Shown: piece after piece, positions 8,801 through 16,029 of the stretch
Layout of the letters: every line of letters starts with the position of its first letter
Position numbering within the stretch: the first letter of the stretch is position 1
Source of the DNA: Erysipelothrix inopinata
Lineage (GTDB): Bacteria > Bacillota_I > Bacilli_A > Erysipelotrichales > Erysipelotrichaceae
DNA: 32,000 bases
Assembly: GCF_014396165.1 (NCBI RefSeq)
Contig: NZ_CP060715.1
Location: 1,080,001-1,112,000 of the forward strand
Direction of reading: 5' to 3'
Position numbers and translations under genes: made by a program
The notes under the pieces: model-generated
The model's database searches: none
Seen by the model: only the letters and a program-made list of their open reading frames with translations
What the model was told of the DNA's origin: nothing

Positions 8801-9622
8801 CCAGTAACAGAAGCAACGACACTCTATGCGAAATGGGAAGCAATTCCAGTGTTCTATGATGTGACATTTGAAAGCAATGGTGGATCAACAGTTAACCCTC
8901 AATCTATTGAATCCGGTAAATTTGTAGTAGAACCGACAGCTCCAACCAAAGCTGGTTTCACATTTGAAGGCTGGTATAAAGATTCAGGATTCACTACAGC
9001 ATGGAACTTTACAACAGACACAGTAACAGAAGCTACAACTCTATATGCAAAATGGGAAGCAATTCCTGTATTCTACGATGTGACATTCGAAAGCAATGGT
9101 GGAACACCGGTTAAAACTTTATCTGTAAAATCTGGAAATCCAATTACTGAGGTTATCAACCCAATGAAAGAAGGATATTTATTTAAAGGTTGGTATAAGG
9201 ACTCATTACTAACAACACCATGGATTTTCGAAATTGACTTGGTAACGGAATCAATAACACTATATGCAAAATGGGAAGCAATTCCAGTAGCTTATGATGT
9301 GACATTTGAAAGTAACGGTGGAACATCAGTAGCTTCACAATCAATTGAATCAGGTAAGTTTATAGTAGAGCCTACAGCTCCAACCAAAGCTGGATTCACC
9401 TTTAAAGGATGGTATAAAGATTCAGCTTTCACCACAGAATGGGACTTTACAAAAGACACAGTGACAGAACCAATCACACTTTATGCTAAGTGGGAAAAAG
9501 ATACGATACTTCCTCCTACAGGGATATCATATACAAATTCTGTAATGATTGGGTTAACGATGGTTGGACTCGGTTTCGTAATCATAGGTTATCGAAAAAA
9601 AGAAAAACTATCTAAATCATAA
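5828..9622 (+). CDS. Sortase-anchored cell-wall surface protein with 11 Listeria-Bacteroides (InlB B-repeat / Flg_new-type) repeats
   Basis: SD aggaga. Signal peptide MKRILSLMIAILLSIMVVPISA. About 400 aa N-terminal domain of unknown family. Repeats carry the signature Y(D/T)VxFxSNGG...P..P.K.G(F/Y).F.GWY.......W.F..D.V.....LYAKWE. C-terminal LPPTG + hydrophobic helix + RKKEK tail. Confidence 0.9.
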   Translation: MKRILSLMIAILLSIMVVPISADTPNLNEMFSDNLIDMVRYDAKNHGVSVDTDESFMNYVKSMTRVGFVQQNSGFYDKVTPTDFRGVEYFENAEQIDVPIIVGYEPSTNDSYVAVKNLEKLPEKFVNSGKELNLLPGVFYTEQQVVLPIDTIYNNNPGGREKWLTQEQLSYFRKNFGLQMGSLLDQYKGPRVKAKIGRNDILVNNFNWMSNKNRNIDVVVELGNSDRFIAMPLHEHKIGNQEYYEIDIVANDIPDVVVTETSQYRKVDPQEKTIGINFDMIKKYVKDNLTAGDKDIAEFELLVELKDGQKFNVNQSYNPAGGQSNQDKFFVLGKSLQGLRGEINTITLRFPVTDDIKSRFESTSNAYKDYMRIPLEDLHSKDVVNHQYFTKQQGLQIESYYVNSDNSLRKEPHSVTVHFLPLFSKQYTVDFVSDGGYILPQRLYWEQAHIEQPTDPVRQGYIFKGWYSDREFTNKWDFETMQVSSSMKLFAKWELKGVTVKFHSNGGSAVEDVNLPPSGGLIPRPADPTRDGFKFVDWYSEPELKYEWAFERYKVDEDTTLYAKWEALPVTYDVTFETNGGSTVTAQSIEAGKFVVEPTAPTKAGFTFEGWYKDSSLTTVWNFATDPVTEAMTLYAKWEAIPVFYDVTFESNGGSTVTSQSIESGKFVVEPTAPTKTGFTFEGWYKDSTFTTTWSFATDPVTEATTLYAKWEAIPVFYDVTFESNGGSTVTAQSIEAGKFVVEPTAPTKAGFTFEGWYKDSSLTTVWNFATDPVTEATTLYAKWEVIPVFYDVIFESNGGSTVTAQSIESGKFVVEPTAPTKTGFTFEGWYKESTFTTAWNFTTDPVTEATTLYAKWEAIPVFYDVTFESNGGSTVNPQSIESGKFVVEPTAPTKAGFTFEGWYKESTFTTTWNFATDPVTEATTLYAKWEAIPVFYDVTFESNGGSTVTAQSVESGKFVVEPTEPTKAGFTFEGWYKDSTFTTAWNFATDPVTEATTLYAKWEAIPVFYDVTFESNGGSTVNPQSIESGKFVVEPTAPTKAGFTFEGWYKDSGFTTAWNFTTDTVTEATTLYAKWEAIPVFYDVTFESNGGTPVKTLSVKSGNPITEVINPMKEGYLFKGWYKDSLLTTPWIFEIDLVTESITLYAKWEAIPVAYDVTFESNGGTSVASQSIESGKFIVEPTAPTKAGFTFKGWYKDSAFTTEWDFTKDTVTEPITLYAKWEKDTILPPTGISYTNSVMIGLTMVGLGFVIIGYRKKEKLSKS
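7106..9496 (+). repeat. In-frame tandem repeat array: 2 diverged units (7106-7540) plus 9 near-identical 219-bp units starting at 7541, 7760, 7979, 8198, 8417, 8636, 8855, 9074 and 9293
   Basis: Direct inspection. ccagtgttctatgatgtgacatttgaaagcaatgg recurs at 7751 and 7970 (219 bp offset). Stretches over 100 nt are identical between units 1 and 3. Confidence 0.9.
9509..9619 (+). other. LPxTG-type sorting signal (LPPTG, TM helix, basic tail)
   Basis: ctt cct cct aca ggg at 9509-9523 encodes LPPTG. It is followed by ISYTNSVMIGLTMVGLGFVIIGY and RKKEKLSKS. Confidence 0.85.
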
Positions 9623-9645
9623 ATTTATTACTCTATATTAAAGTT

Positions 9646-9681
9646 AAAGCGCAGCTTATCAAATTGATAAGCTGCGCTTTT
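9646..9681. terminator. Bidirectional intrinsic terminator between convergent genes
   Basis: aaagcgcagcttatc (9646-9660) pairs with gataagctgcgcttt (9666-9680), 15 bp perfect stem, loop aaatt. A-rich and T-rich flanks. Confidence 0.85.
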
Positions 9682-9734
9682 AATGAGATTACCCTCTTGG
9701 CAATCATTTAGAAAAAATTTACTGACGTCATATT

Positions 9735-10160
9735 TTAAATTTTAGACCATGTCATAACAAGATCTTTTTCATTGTTGATAAGATCCATAGATTCTTCTAC
9801 AATTTCAAAATTCTCACGAAGATAGAATTTTTTTGCACGTACGTTCTTATCATAAACATTTAAGGTTAGTGTAGAATAGATGTTTTTAGCGTACTCTAGA
9901 AGATCTTTTCCGTATCCTTTCGATTGATGATCAGGATGGATAAAAATGCCTTCGATATGGTTGTCATCTAATCCAATAAATCCAACGATTTTACCATCTA
10001 CAATATTGACATACAACGTGGCCATAGGGAGCATCGTTTCTACTTCAGGAAGCATGCTTTTCCAGTAATTTTCTGAGATAAAATGATGAGCGGTTATATT
10101 TGATTGTAACCAAATATCCACGACGTCACGTAAATCTTCATTCTTGAATTTAGTAATCAT
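9735..10160 (-). CDS. GNAT-family N-acetyltransferase
   Basis: Acetyl-CoA binding motif region IEGIFIHPDHQSKGYGKDLLEYA. SD ggagga. Start overlaps the MarR stop by 11 nt. Confidence 0.8.
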   Translation of the reverse strand: MITKFKNEDLRDVVDIWLQSNITAHHFISENYWKSMLPEVETMLPMATLYVNIVDGKIVGFIGLDDNHIEGIFIHPDHQSKGYGKDLLEYAKNIYSTLTLNVYDKNVRAKKFYLRENFEIVEESMDLINNEKDLVMTWSKI

Positions 10161-10605
10161 TATCTTCCTCCATTTTTAAATCTATATTTTTTTTGAATGA
10201 TTCTGTGTACTTAGTTAGTAAGCAGGTTAATAAGTTTCTTTCTTCATTTGATAGTAAGGACATTGCGATTAATTCTGAATCTCTTAACGGAGCTAATATT
10301 TCTTCTGCATATTTTCTTCCGGATTTGGTAAAGAGAATAATCTTATTTTTATGTGTTCGATTATCAAGTAATACAAGGTTCTTGTCGATTAATTTCTTAA
10401 GAACATTATTTACAGTTTGCTTCGGTAAAAAAGAGGCATCACAAATCTTTTTTTGAGTACAATCTTCGATTTCAAAGATTAAGTTAATAATTTGTAATTC
10501 TGTATAACTGTGACCAATTTGAGTTGCATAGTTACTATATACCTGATCAATTTGTTCTAAGTTTATAGCAAGATTATCGATACTACTTTTTAACGAATCA
10601 GACAT
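10150..10605 (-). CDS. MarR-family transcriptional regulator
   Basis: Winged-HTH region (CTQKKICDASFLPKQTVNNVLKKLIDKNLV). SD gaggtg. About 150 aa, typical size. Confidence 0.8.
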   Translation of the reverse strand: MSDSLKSSIDNLAINLEQIDQVYSNYATQIGHSYTELQIINLIFEIEDCTQKKICDASFLPKQTVNNVLKKLIDKNLVLLDNRTHKNKIILFTKSGRKYAEEILAPLRDSELIAMSLLSNEERNLLTCLLTKYTESFKKNIDLKMEEDNDY

Positions 10606-10616
10606 TCAATCACCTC

Positions 10617-10636
10617 ATAGTCCTATTTGGGACTAT
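10617..10636. promoter_or_regulatory. Inverted repeat atagtcc-N6-ggactat, candidate MarR operator
   Basis: 7-6-7 perfect inverted repeat lying between the predicted -10 (10640-10645) and the SD of the marR-like gene, overlapping the expected transcription start. Confidence 0.4.
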
Positions 10637-10639
10637 TTA

Positions 10640-10668
10640 ATTATATAGCTTCCAGTATTTGAAGTCAA
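10640..10668 (-). promoter_or_regulatory. Sigma-A-type promoter TTGACT-17-TATAAT for the MarR-GNAT operon
   Basis: On the minus strand, the reverse complement of 10663-10668 is ttgact and that of 10640-10645 is tataat, with exactly 17 nt spacing. Confidence 0.6.
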
Positions 10669-10673
10669 TGAAA

Positions 10674-10697
10674 GAAAAAACCCCCTTAACGGAGGTC
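10674..10697 (-). terminator. Intrinsic terminator downstream of the HIT gene
   Basis: The minus strand reads acctccgttaagggggttttttctttc: a 5-6 bp GC stem (one G-U) plus a T6 run. Confidence 0.55.
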
Positions 10698-10705
10698 TAT
10701 ATCTA

Positions 10706-11107
10706 TTAAAAGTTATCCTTTAGATATTTTTTTATTGAGTCATTGAAAGTCTGTGTATCAAACTGTAATTGCTTTGGATTTATTAAATCATAAAAGTTAT
10801 CATTTTTGTAGCGCGGAATAACATGAAAATGGAAGTGTGTGTTTTGAGACATAACATTTCCATTATTGAAAATAGAAGTTGTACCAAGAACATCAAAATT
10901 TTCTTCGTAAAATGATGAAACCAATGATTGTAATTTAACCATTTCGAGTAATTCGTTTTCAGATAATTCTGAAATATTCATATGGTGTACTTTCGATATA
11001 ATTAGAAGATGCCCTTTTTGAATTGGATCGATATCCCATACACCAAAAAAATAGTTAGTTTGAAAAAGAACATCAAGTTTTGATTGATTACAAAAAATAC
11101 AATTCAT
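10706..11107 (-). CDS. HIT-family (histidine triad) nucleotide hydrolase/transferase
   Basis: Histidine triad HFHFHVIP. N-terminal CIFC. I place the start at the ATG at 11107 because the longer ORF codons (atg aga agg agt) are themselves the SD aaggag, 8 nt upstream. Confidence 0.8.
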   Translation of the reverse strand: MNCIFCNQSKLDVLFQTNYFFGVWDIDPIQKGHLLIISKVHHMNISELSENELLEMVKLQSLVSSFYEENFDVLGTTSIFNNGNVMSQNTHFHFHVIPRYKNDNFYDLINPKQLQFDTQTFNDSIKKYLKDNF

Positions 11108-11145
11108 AACATTACTCCTTCTCACTTTGGTTAGTAATAAAATAA

Positions 11146-12006
11146 TTATATAAAAATATTAGGAATTAATTCATATATCTTTTCAGCAATGCCATCTTCA
11201 TTGTTTGTCAATGTAATAGTATCTGCGGCTTCCAAAACTTCAGAAACAGCGTTTCCCATAGCACAACCGATTCCTGCTTGTTGAATAAGGGATAAGTCAT
11301 TATGGCCATCACCAAAGGCTAAAACATTTTCGAGACTGTGTCCTAAAGATGAAAGAACGCGATCTAACGTTGCTGCTTTATCGATGCCCTTATCTGTAAA
11401 TTCATAGTAGAAAGGGGCGGAAAAAGCACTAGTAAGATGTTCGGAAACAGGTTTCTGCAAAGCGTGATGGTGTTCATCGAGGTATTCTGGTTTCGCAGCG
11501 ATAAGTACTTTATGAATTGGCAACCCAGCAAGTTGGGTCATATCTGCAATTTCTGTTAACAAAAAATCACCGCCGCGTGCTTCATATTCAATGATATTTT
11601 CGAGTTTATCTGAATTGTGGTATAGAGGAATCATGCCACCATAAACATCATTTACATACATTTTATCTTCATGAGTAACCATAGTTATGACATCAAAGTC
11701 TTTTAGATGATCAAACAGCTTGAAAGCCATCTCTTCTGAAATAGTTTGTTCATAGATAACTTCGTTTGTTTCGCAGTCTGTTACGCATGCTCCATTGAAA
11801 GAAATAAGAAAACCGTGGTGTTTGTTCATTTCTAAGTCTTCGGCGAGGTGTGCCATTCCTGTTGTAGGCCTTCCAGAAGCAAGAATTACCTTAATACCAT
11901 TTTCTTGAGCCTTAATTAAGGCTTCTTTAGTTTTTTCACTAATAATCCTATCTTCAGTTAATAGAGTTCCATCAATATCGCAGACAATTGTATCAATTTT
12001 TTTCAT
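11146..12006 (-). CDS. Cof-type HAD-IIB sugar-phosphate phosphatase
   Basis: DIDGTLL motif I, SGRP motif II, GDGHNDLSL motif IV. Start ambiguous between 12006 (MKKID, SD agagga) and 12021. Confidence 0.8.
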   Translation of the reverse strand: MKKIDTIVCDIDGTLLTEDRIISEKTKEALIKAQENGIKVILASGRPTTGMAHLAEDLEMNKHHGFLISFNGACVTDCETNEVIYEQTISEEMAFKLFDHLKDFDVITMVTHEDKMYVNDVYGGMIPLYHNSDKLENIIEYEARGGDFLLTEIADMTQLAGLPIHKVLIAAKPEYLDEHHHALQKPVSEHLTSAFSAPFYYEFTDKGIDKAATLDRVLSSLGHSLENVLAFGDGHNDLSLIQQAGIGCAMGNAVSEVLEAADTITLTNNEDGIAEKIYELIPNIFI

Positions 12007-12184
12007 AGATTCCTCTTTCATTATATTAAAGTATACTTGAGTTCATTCTATCATAAATATCATGGTGAAAGATGCTTCAAAAACATGATAAATATTTAAC
12101 GAAATAATAAGGAGCATGTAAATACGACTTTACATTTTAATATGGTAATATCAACTCAATAATTGGAAATTATGAGGAGAAAAT

Positions 12185-12658
12185 ATGATGAAAAAAGCAA
12201 CCTTAATTGCAATGACAATTTCAAGCTTATTGGTTTTAGCTGCTTGCGGAAAAAAGGAAACAGAAAAACCTGTTGAAAAGAAAGAAACACCAGTTGTAAG
12301 TGAAACGAAAAATGAAAACAAAGGTGAAGAAAAACAAACAGAAAAATTTGATGTTGAAAAAGTAGATGTTAAGAAATTTATCATGGATAACAATTCGAAC
12401 CTAACAGACTTTAAAACAAATGGTGAGAATGAACAGACTCTCACAGTTTCTTACAATACAACAGAATCATTTGAAGATATTCAAAAATTTTATACAACTT
12501 TAGGAAAAGAGTTAAAACTCACAGATACTTCAGAAGTCAAAAGTGATAGCGTGAAGTCTTGGATCATGGTTGGAACTATGGGAGATGCTGATGTGCAGTT
12601 TACTGTTGTACCTGAAGAGGGGAATACATTTATTGTTCTCATCGTCATTGTTGCTTAG
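12185..12658 (+). CDS. Small lipoprotein of unknown function
   Basis: SD gaggag. Signal peptide with lipobox LAAC-G (MMKKATLIAMTISSLLVLAACGKKE). K/E-rich linker followed by a small globular region. Confidence 0.7.
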   Translation: MMKKATLIAMTISSLLVLAACGKKETEKPVEKKETPVVSETKNENKGEEKQTEKFDVEKVDVKKFIMDNNSNLTDFKTNGENEQTLTVSYNTTESFEDIQKFYTTLGKELKLTDTSEVKSDSVKSWIMVGTMGDADVQFTVVPEEGNTFIVLIVIVA

Positions 12659-12672
12659 TAGCGTAAATTAAA

Positions 12673-12698
12673 GGGCCATGCGGTTGCATGACCCTTTT
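12673..12698. terminator. Bidirectional terminator between convergent genes
   Basis: gggccatgc pairs with gcatgaccc (9 bp, one mismatch), loop ggtt, then tttt. AAA on the other side. Confidence 0.6.
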
Positions 12699-12699
12699 G

Positions 12700-14046
12700 T
12701 TAACTCAATCCGAGTATTTTTGCAAATAAAATTACGAATGGTAGCGCGATGAATGTTCTAATAACGAAAACTAATAAGACGTCTTTGAAATTCTTTACAA
12801 CCTTAGTAGATGTTAATAAGGATGCGATTTCTGACATAAAGACAATTTGCAGAATACTCATGGCTGCGATAATAAATCGACTTTCAACACTCATTATATT
12901 TTGACCCAGGATGACAGGGAGATAGTTATCAGCAAAACCTGACATAATAGCACTCGCACTGGCTGCTGGTTCCGATACATTTGTGAGTTTTAGTATGAGT
13001 TCGATGGGGTAGGATACCCATTGTAGAATCGGTGTATACATGGAAATAATAAGTGCAAGTGTTCCCCAGCATACGATAATAGGTTGAAGCCAGATAACAT
13101 AAAACAACATATTATTGATTTTGCTTGTAAAGTTTTTAATACTTACTTTGTCAGCTCGTTGTAGTGCTGAATTGTAAGCGAAAGCAAGTTTTGATTGATC
13201 TTTATTTTCTTGTTTCTTAACTGGTGAAACAAGAGATCCATCGACGTAAGTATCTGGATATTTTGAAATAGGAGGGATACGAACACCTACCATTGCTACA
13301 ATAATTCCAACAAGAGTAATGACAAGGAAAAGCGTCGCAAAGTGATCCATGATTCCAAAAACAGAGCTTACGAGTACAATCCAACCGACACTTGATGTAG
13401 AGAATTGAGATCCAATAATAGCCGCTTCTTTTACAGTATAATATCCTTCTTCAAACAGGTTTTGAGTTGCAAGAATTGCAGCATTACCCGGTCCTACCCA
13501 AGCACTGATGATACTTACGGCTCCCATCTCCGATACTTTAAAGATAGGTTTCACGATAAATCCGATAAGTTCGCCAAGAAATTCCATAGCACCACATTCA
13601 AGAATGAGTGTTTGGAGGAGTAACATACAAGGAACAAGGATTGATAATTGTGTAGCAAGTCCGAACATACTGGAACCTGTATCTGCAGAGATAATAAATT
13701 CAGGCCCAATGTTGAAGTAAACAAGAACACAAATCAAAGCACCTAGAATACGGTTTGCAATATAGAATGGTGTTGTCGAGAGAATATTCTTAAGAAGTTT
13801 ATTGTTACGAATCCAATCAGGTTTCGCAATGTTATCATAGAGAGCTCCTAATGCACTTAAGACCATTAGTAACATAATAATAAATCTTAGTGGTTTATTG
13901 AAATGAGTAATAAATAATTTGAGATAGTAGAAGAGAACGGTATCTACTGCACCATTGAAATCAAAGGGAATAAGCACCAATAGTATTCCTAGAAGTGTTC
14001 CTCCAATGAAGACAATCGAATTTCTTAATTTACGCTTGGAATCCAT
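12700..14046 (-). CDS. Polytopic membrane protein with nucleoside-recognition (Gate)-type domains, YjiH-like putative transporter
   Basis: About 12 predicted hydrophobic helices. The overall 448 aa layout and N-terminal motif resemble YjiH-family proteins (recognition by eye only). SD ggagga lies inside the upstream gene, and the ATG directly abuts the upstream TAA. Confidence 0.5.
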   Translation of the reverse strand: MDSKRKLRNSIVFIGGTLLGILLVLIPFDFNGAVDTVLFYYLKLFITHFNKPLRFIIMLLMVLSALGALYDNIAKPDWIRNNKLLKNILSTTPFYIANRILGALICVLVYFNIGPEFIISADTGSSMFGLATQLSILVPCMLLLQTLILECGAMEFLGELIGFIVKPIFKVSEMGAVSIISAWVGPGNAAILATQNLFEEGYYTVKEAAIIGSQFSTSSVGWIVLVSSVFGIMDHFATLFLVITLVGIIVAMVGVRIPPISKYPDTYVDGSLVSPVKKQENKDQSKLAFAYNSALQRADKVSIKNFTSKINNMLFYVIWLQPIIVCWGTLALIISMYTPILQWVSYPIELILKLTNVSEPAASASAIMSGFADNYLPVILGQNIMSVESRFIIAAMSILQIVFMSEIASLLTSTKVVKNFKDVLLVFVIRTFIALPFVILFAKILGLS

Positions 14047-14991
14047 TTAGTTTGATCCTCCAAACTTAATTTGATTCGAGAGATCTTTCAACATTTCTTT
14101 TGAATGGGTTAATTTTGCTGCTTCGTCTTCATTCATAGGCATCTTTAATGCATCATGTGACCCTTGACGATTAATTAGGTTTGGTAAACTGATATAAATT
14201 TCTTCACCTGATGCTGTAGTTGTCATGCTTGAAACAGGTAAAATGACAGACTCATCGCGAATAATTGCCTTAGCGACACGTGAAATGGCTGTTGCAACAC
14301 AGAATGCATTGGGTCCTTTCATTTCCCAAACATCAAATGCTGTTTGGCGCACTTCATCTTCAAGTTTTTTAAAGTAATCATCTTCAAGTTTAATATCATT
14401 GAGTTGTGCATATTCTTCTACAGAAAGACCTGCAACATTGGTTTTTGACCATAATACGACTTGTGAATCGCCGTGTTCTCCAACTACAAAACTAGAGATG
14501 TTTTCTGCCGATACTTTTAAGTCTCGTGATAGAAGATAACGAAGGCGTGATGTATCAAGCATTGTACCTAAACCGATTACGCGTTCTTGTGGTAGGCCAG
14601 AAACCTGGTAAGTAATGTATGTAAGAAGATCTACAGGATTGCTTACAACAAGTAGAATTGTATCGGGACTATATTTTAGAATTTGTGGAATAATTGATTC
14701 TAAAATTTGGGTATTCTTTTGTAGTGGAACCAATCTTGATTCACCTACAACTTCTGGAACACCAACTGTAATAACAACAACATCAGAGTTTGCGCTCATT
14801 GAGTAATCGCCACTGATTACATTAATAGGTTGATTTAAGGGCATTCCATGCATAATATCAAGAGCTTCCCCTGTTGCTTTACGCTCATTGATATCAATCA
14901 AAGCTACCTCGTTAACCCATGATTCTTGTGATAGTGTAAATGCTGTCGCTGCTCCTACAGCACCTGCACCAATAACTGAAATTTTTGACAT
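14047..14991 (-). CDS. L-2-hydroxyacid (lactate/malate) dehydrogenase family enzyme with a non-canonical substrate loop
   Basis: Rossmann motif KISVIGAGAVGAA, SNPVD, LDTSRL (Arg171 equivalent), GEHGDS (catalytic His). Start set at MSKIS (SD aaaggag, 7 nt spacer) rather than the 21-codon longer ORF. Confidence 0.8.
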   Translation of the reverse strand: MSKISVIGAGAVGAATAFTLSQESWVNEVALIDINERKATGEALDIMHGMPLNQPINVISGDYSMSANSDVVVITVGVPEVVGESRLVPLQKNTQILESIIPQILKYSPDTILLVVSNPVDLLTYITYQVSGLPQERVIGLGTMLDTSRLRYLLSRDLKVSAENISSFVVGEHGDSQVVLWSKTNVAGLSVEEYAQLNDIKLEDDYFKKLEDEVRQTAFDVWEMKGPNAFCVATAISRVAKAIIRDESVILPVSSMTTTASGEEIYISLPNLINRQGSHDALKMPMNEDEAAKLTHSKEMLKDLSNQIKFGGSN

Positions 14992-15014
14992 ATTCTTTCT
15001 CCTTTTATCAAAAC

Positions 15015-15027
15015 GGAACACTGTTCC
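15015..15027. promoter_or_regulatory. Perfect palindrome ggaaca-c-tgttcc, candidate IclR operator in the ldh-like leader
   Basis: 6-1-6 inverted repeat located 24-36 nt upstream of the ldh-like ATG, within the divergent intergenic region shared with the iclR-like gene. Confidence 0.35.
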
Positions 15028-15042
15028 AAAACAAAATAACAC

Positions 15043-15052
15043 GAATCGATTC
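15043..15052. promoter_or_regulatory. Perfect 10-bp palindrome gaatcgattc, second candidate operator
   Basis: Self-complementary decamer in the same divergent intergenic region. Confidence 0.25.
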
Positions 15053-15091
15053 AAGATTTAAACTTAATTCCAATTTTTTTGAAGTTATTTG

Positions 15092-15100
15092 TGATATATT
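15092..15100 (+). promoter_or_regulatory. Extended -10 element (TGaTATATT) for the iclR-like gene
   Basis: tgatatatt at 15092-15100, about 80 nt upstream of ATG 15181. Confidence 0.35.
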
Positions 15101-15180
15101 TGAAAAGAAGGGCAATTTATGAGTTTGATTGTGAAAAATTGTTCAAATTGTATAAAAAAGTGAAAAATGGAGGCTATGTC

Positions 15181-15930
15181 ATGAGTGAAAGTATTAAGAC
15201 GATAGATAATGCATTTGATATTATTGATTTACTGGATGCCCAAGATCAAATCGGTGTTGGAGAAATCGCTTCGCAATTGAATCTTGCGAAAACCACGGTG
15301 CATCGTATATTAAAAACGCTACATAATCGTGGAATTGTAATTCAAGATGAACAAGAGCGGTATACCTTAGGATATGGAATGTATAAATATGCTCAAGGGA
15401 TTAACCGTCATCAACTTATTGTGAACATTGCTCGTAAACCAATGGCTAAATTTGCAGAAAAAACAGGAGAGACTCTTAACCTTGGTATTTTAGTTGGTGA
15501 TGAAGTTGTCATCATCCATTCTGAAGAAGGTGAGTTTTATTCCTTACAACCTACTTTATCTGCAAGTTCTGATTTAAATTGTTCCGGTATGGGAAAAATA
15601 TTCTTAAGTTCGTTCTCTGAAGAAAACTTGGTTACCTACTTTGATCAAGACTTTAAACATCGAACGATCAACACAATTACATCACTCGATCAATTTAAGA
15701 AGGAAAAAGATCTTATCTTAACACAAGGTATTGCACATGATGATGAAGAGTATGAATATGGATTGTCTTGTATTGCAACGTCAATTACGGACAAGAATAA
15801 AAAAACGATAGCAGCATTGAGTGTTTCTGGACCGACCTCACGACTCCAATACAAAAATGTCGAAGCATTAACTCAGGAACTATTAAAAACTGCAGATGAA
15901 ATTAATAAAATTATGATTGATAGTTTTTAA
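15181..15930 (+). CDS. IclR-family transcriptional regulator
   Basis: SD ggagg with a 7 nt spacer. N-terminal wHTH (IGVGEIASQLNLAKTTVHRILKTL) plus a C-terminal IclR effector domain (GLSCIATSI...ALSVSGP). The longer TTG-initiated ORF from 15079 lacks an SD. Confidence 0.8.
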   Translation: MSESIKTIDNAFDIIDLLDAQDQIGVGEIASQLNLAKTTVHRILKTLHNRGIVIQDEQERYTLGYGMYKYAQGINRHQLIVNIARKPMAKFAEKTGETLNLGILVGDEVVIIHSEEGEFYSLQPTLSASSDLNCSGMGKIFLSSFSEENLVTYFDQDFKHRTINTITSLDQFKKEKDLILTQGIAHDDEEYEYGLSCIATSITDKNKKTIAALSVSGPTSRLQYKNVEALTQELLKTADEINKIMIDSF

Positions 15931-15946
15931 AATGATACTTACAAAA

Positions 15947-15981
15947 ACACCCTTTGTACTGAACAATACAGAGGGTGTTTT
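15947..15981. terminator. Bidirectional terminator between iclR-like and the K+ channel gene
   Basis: caccctttgta pairs with tacagagggtg (11 bp, one G-U). tttt downstream on the plus strand and tttttg downstream on the minus strand. Confidence 0.75.
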
Positions 15982-16029
15982 CGATTGGTAATGGATTCAT
16001 GAATATAATTAATATATAACTCGAAGGGT

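Noticed and set aside
9292-9477. ORF 9292-9477(-).
   Set aside because: It is antisense to the last repeat unit of the adhesin, so it is a shadow ORF.
7541-9496. A regular 219-bp periodicity that could superficially suggest a CRISPR-like or satellite array, or a DGR variable region.
   Set aside because: The repeat units are contiguous with no unique spacers. They are in frame within one long ORF and encode a known repeat fold (Listeria-Bacteroides repeat). There is no reverse transcriptase or template repeat in the window.
10193-10456. ORF 10193-10456(+).
   Set aside because: It is antisense to the MarR gene, which has a clear wHTH, SD and promoter.
11108-11125. N-terminal extensions proposed by the ORF track: the HIT gene to 11125 (the coordinates given), and also 12021 for Cof, 15054 for ldh-like, 15079 for iclR, 16881 for the channel, 20438, 20990, 26791 and 29654.
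   Set aside because: In each case the extra codons contain the Shine-Dalgarno sequence for a downstream ATG that begins the conserved domain or signal peptide. Several of the extensions also start with TTG.
12151-12444. 97-aa ORF on the minus strand overlapping the lipoprotein gene.
   Set aside because: Its low-complexity F/S-rich sequence is the antisense of a K/E-rich coding region. The plus-strand gene has an SD and a lipobox signal peptide.
13405-14806. ORFs 13405-13623(+), 13508-13720(+) and 14615-14806(+).
   Set aside because: They are antisense to the transporter and the dehydrogenase, so they are shadow ORFs.
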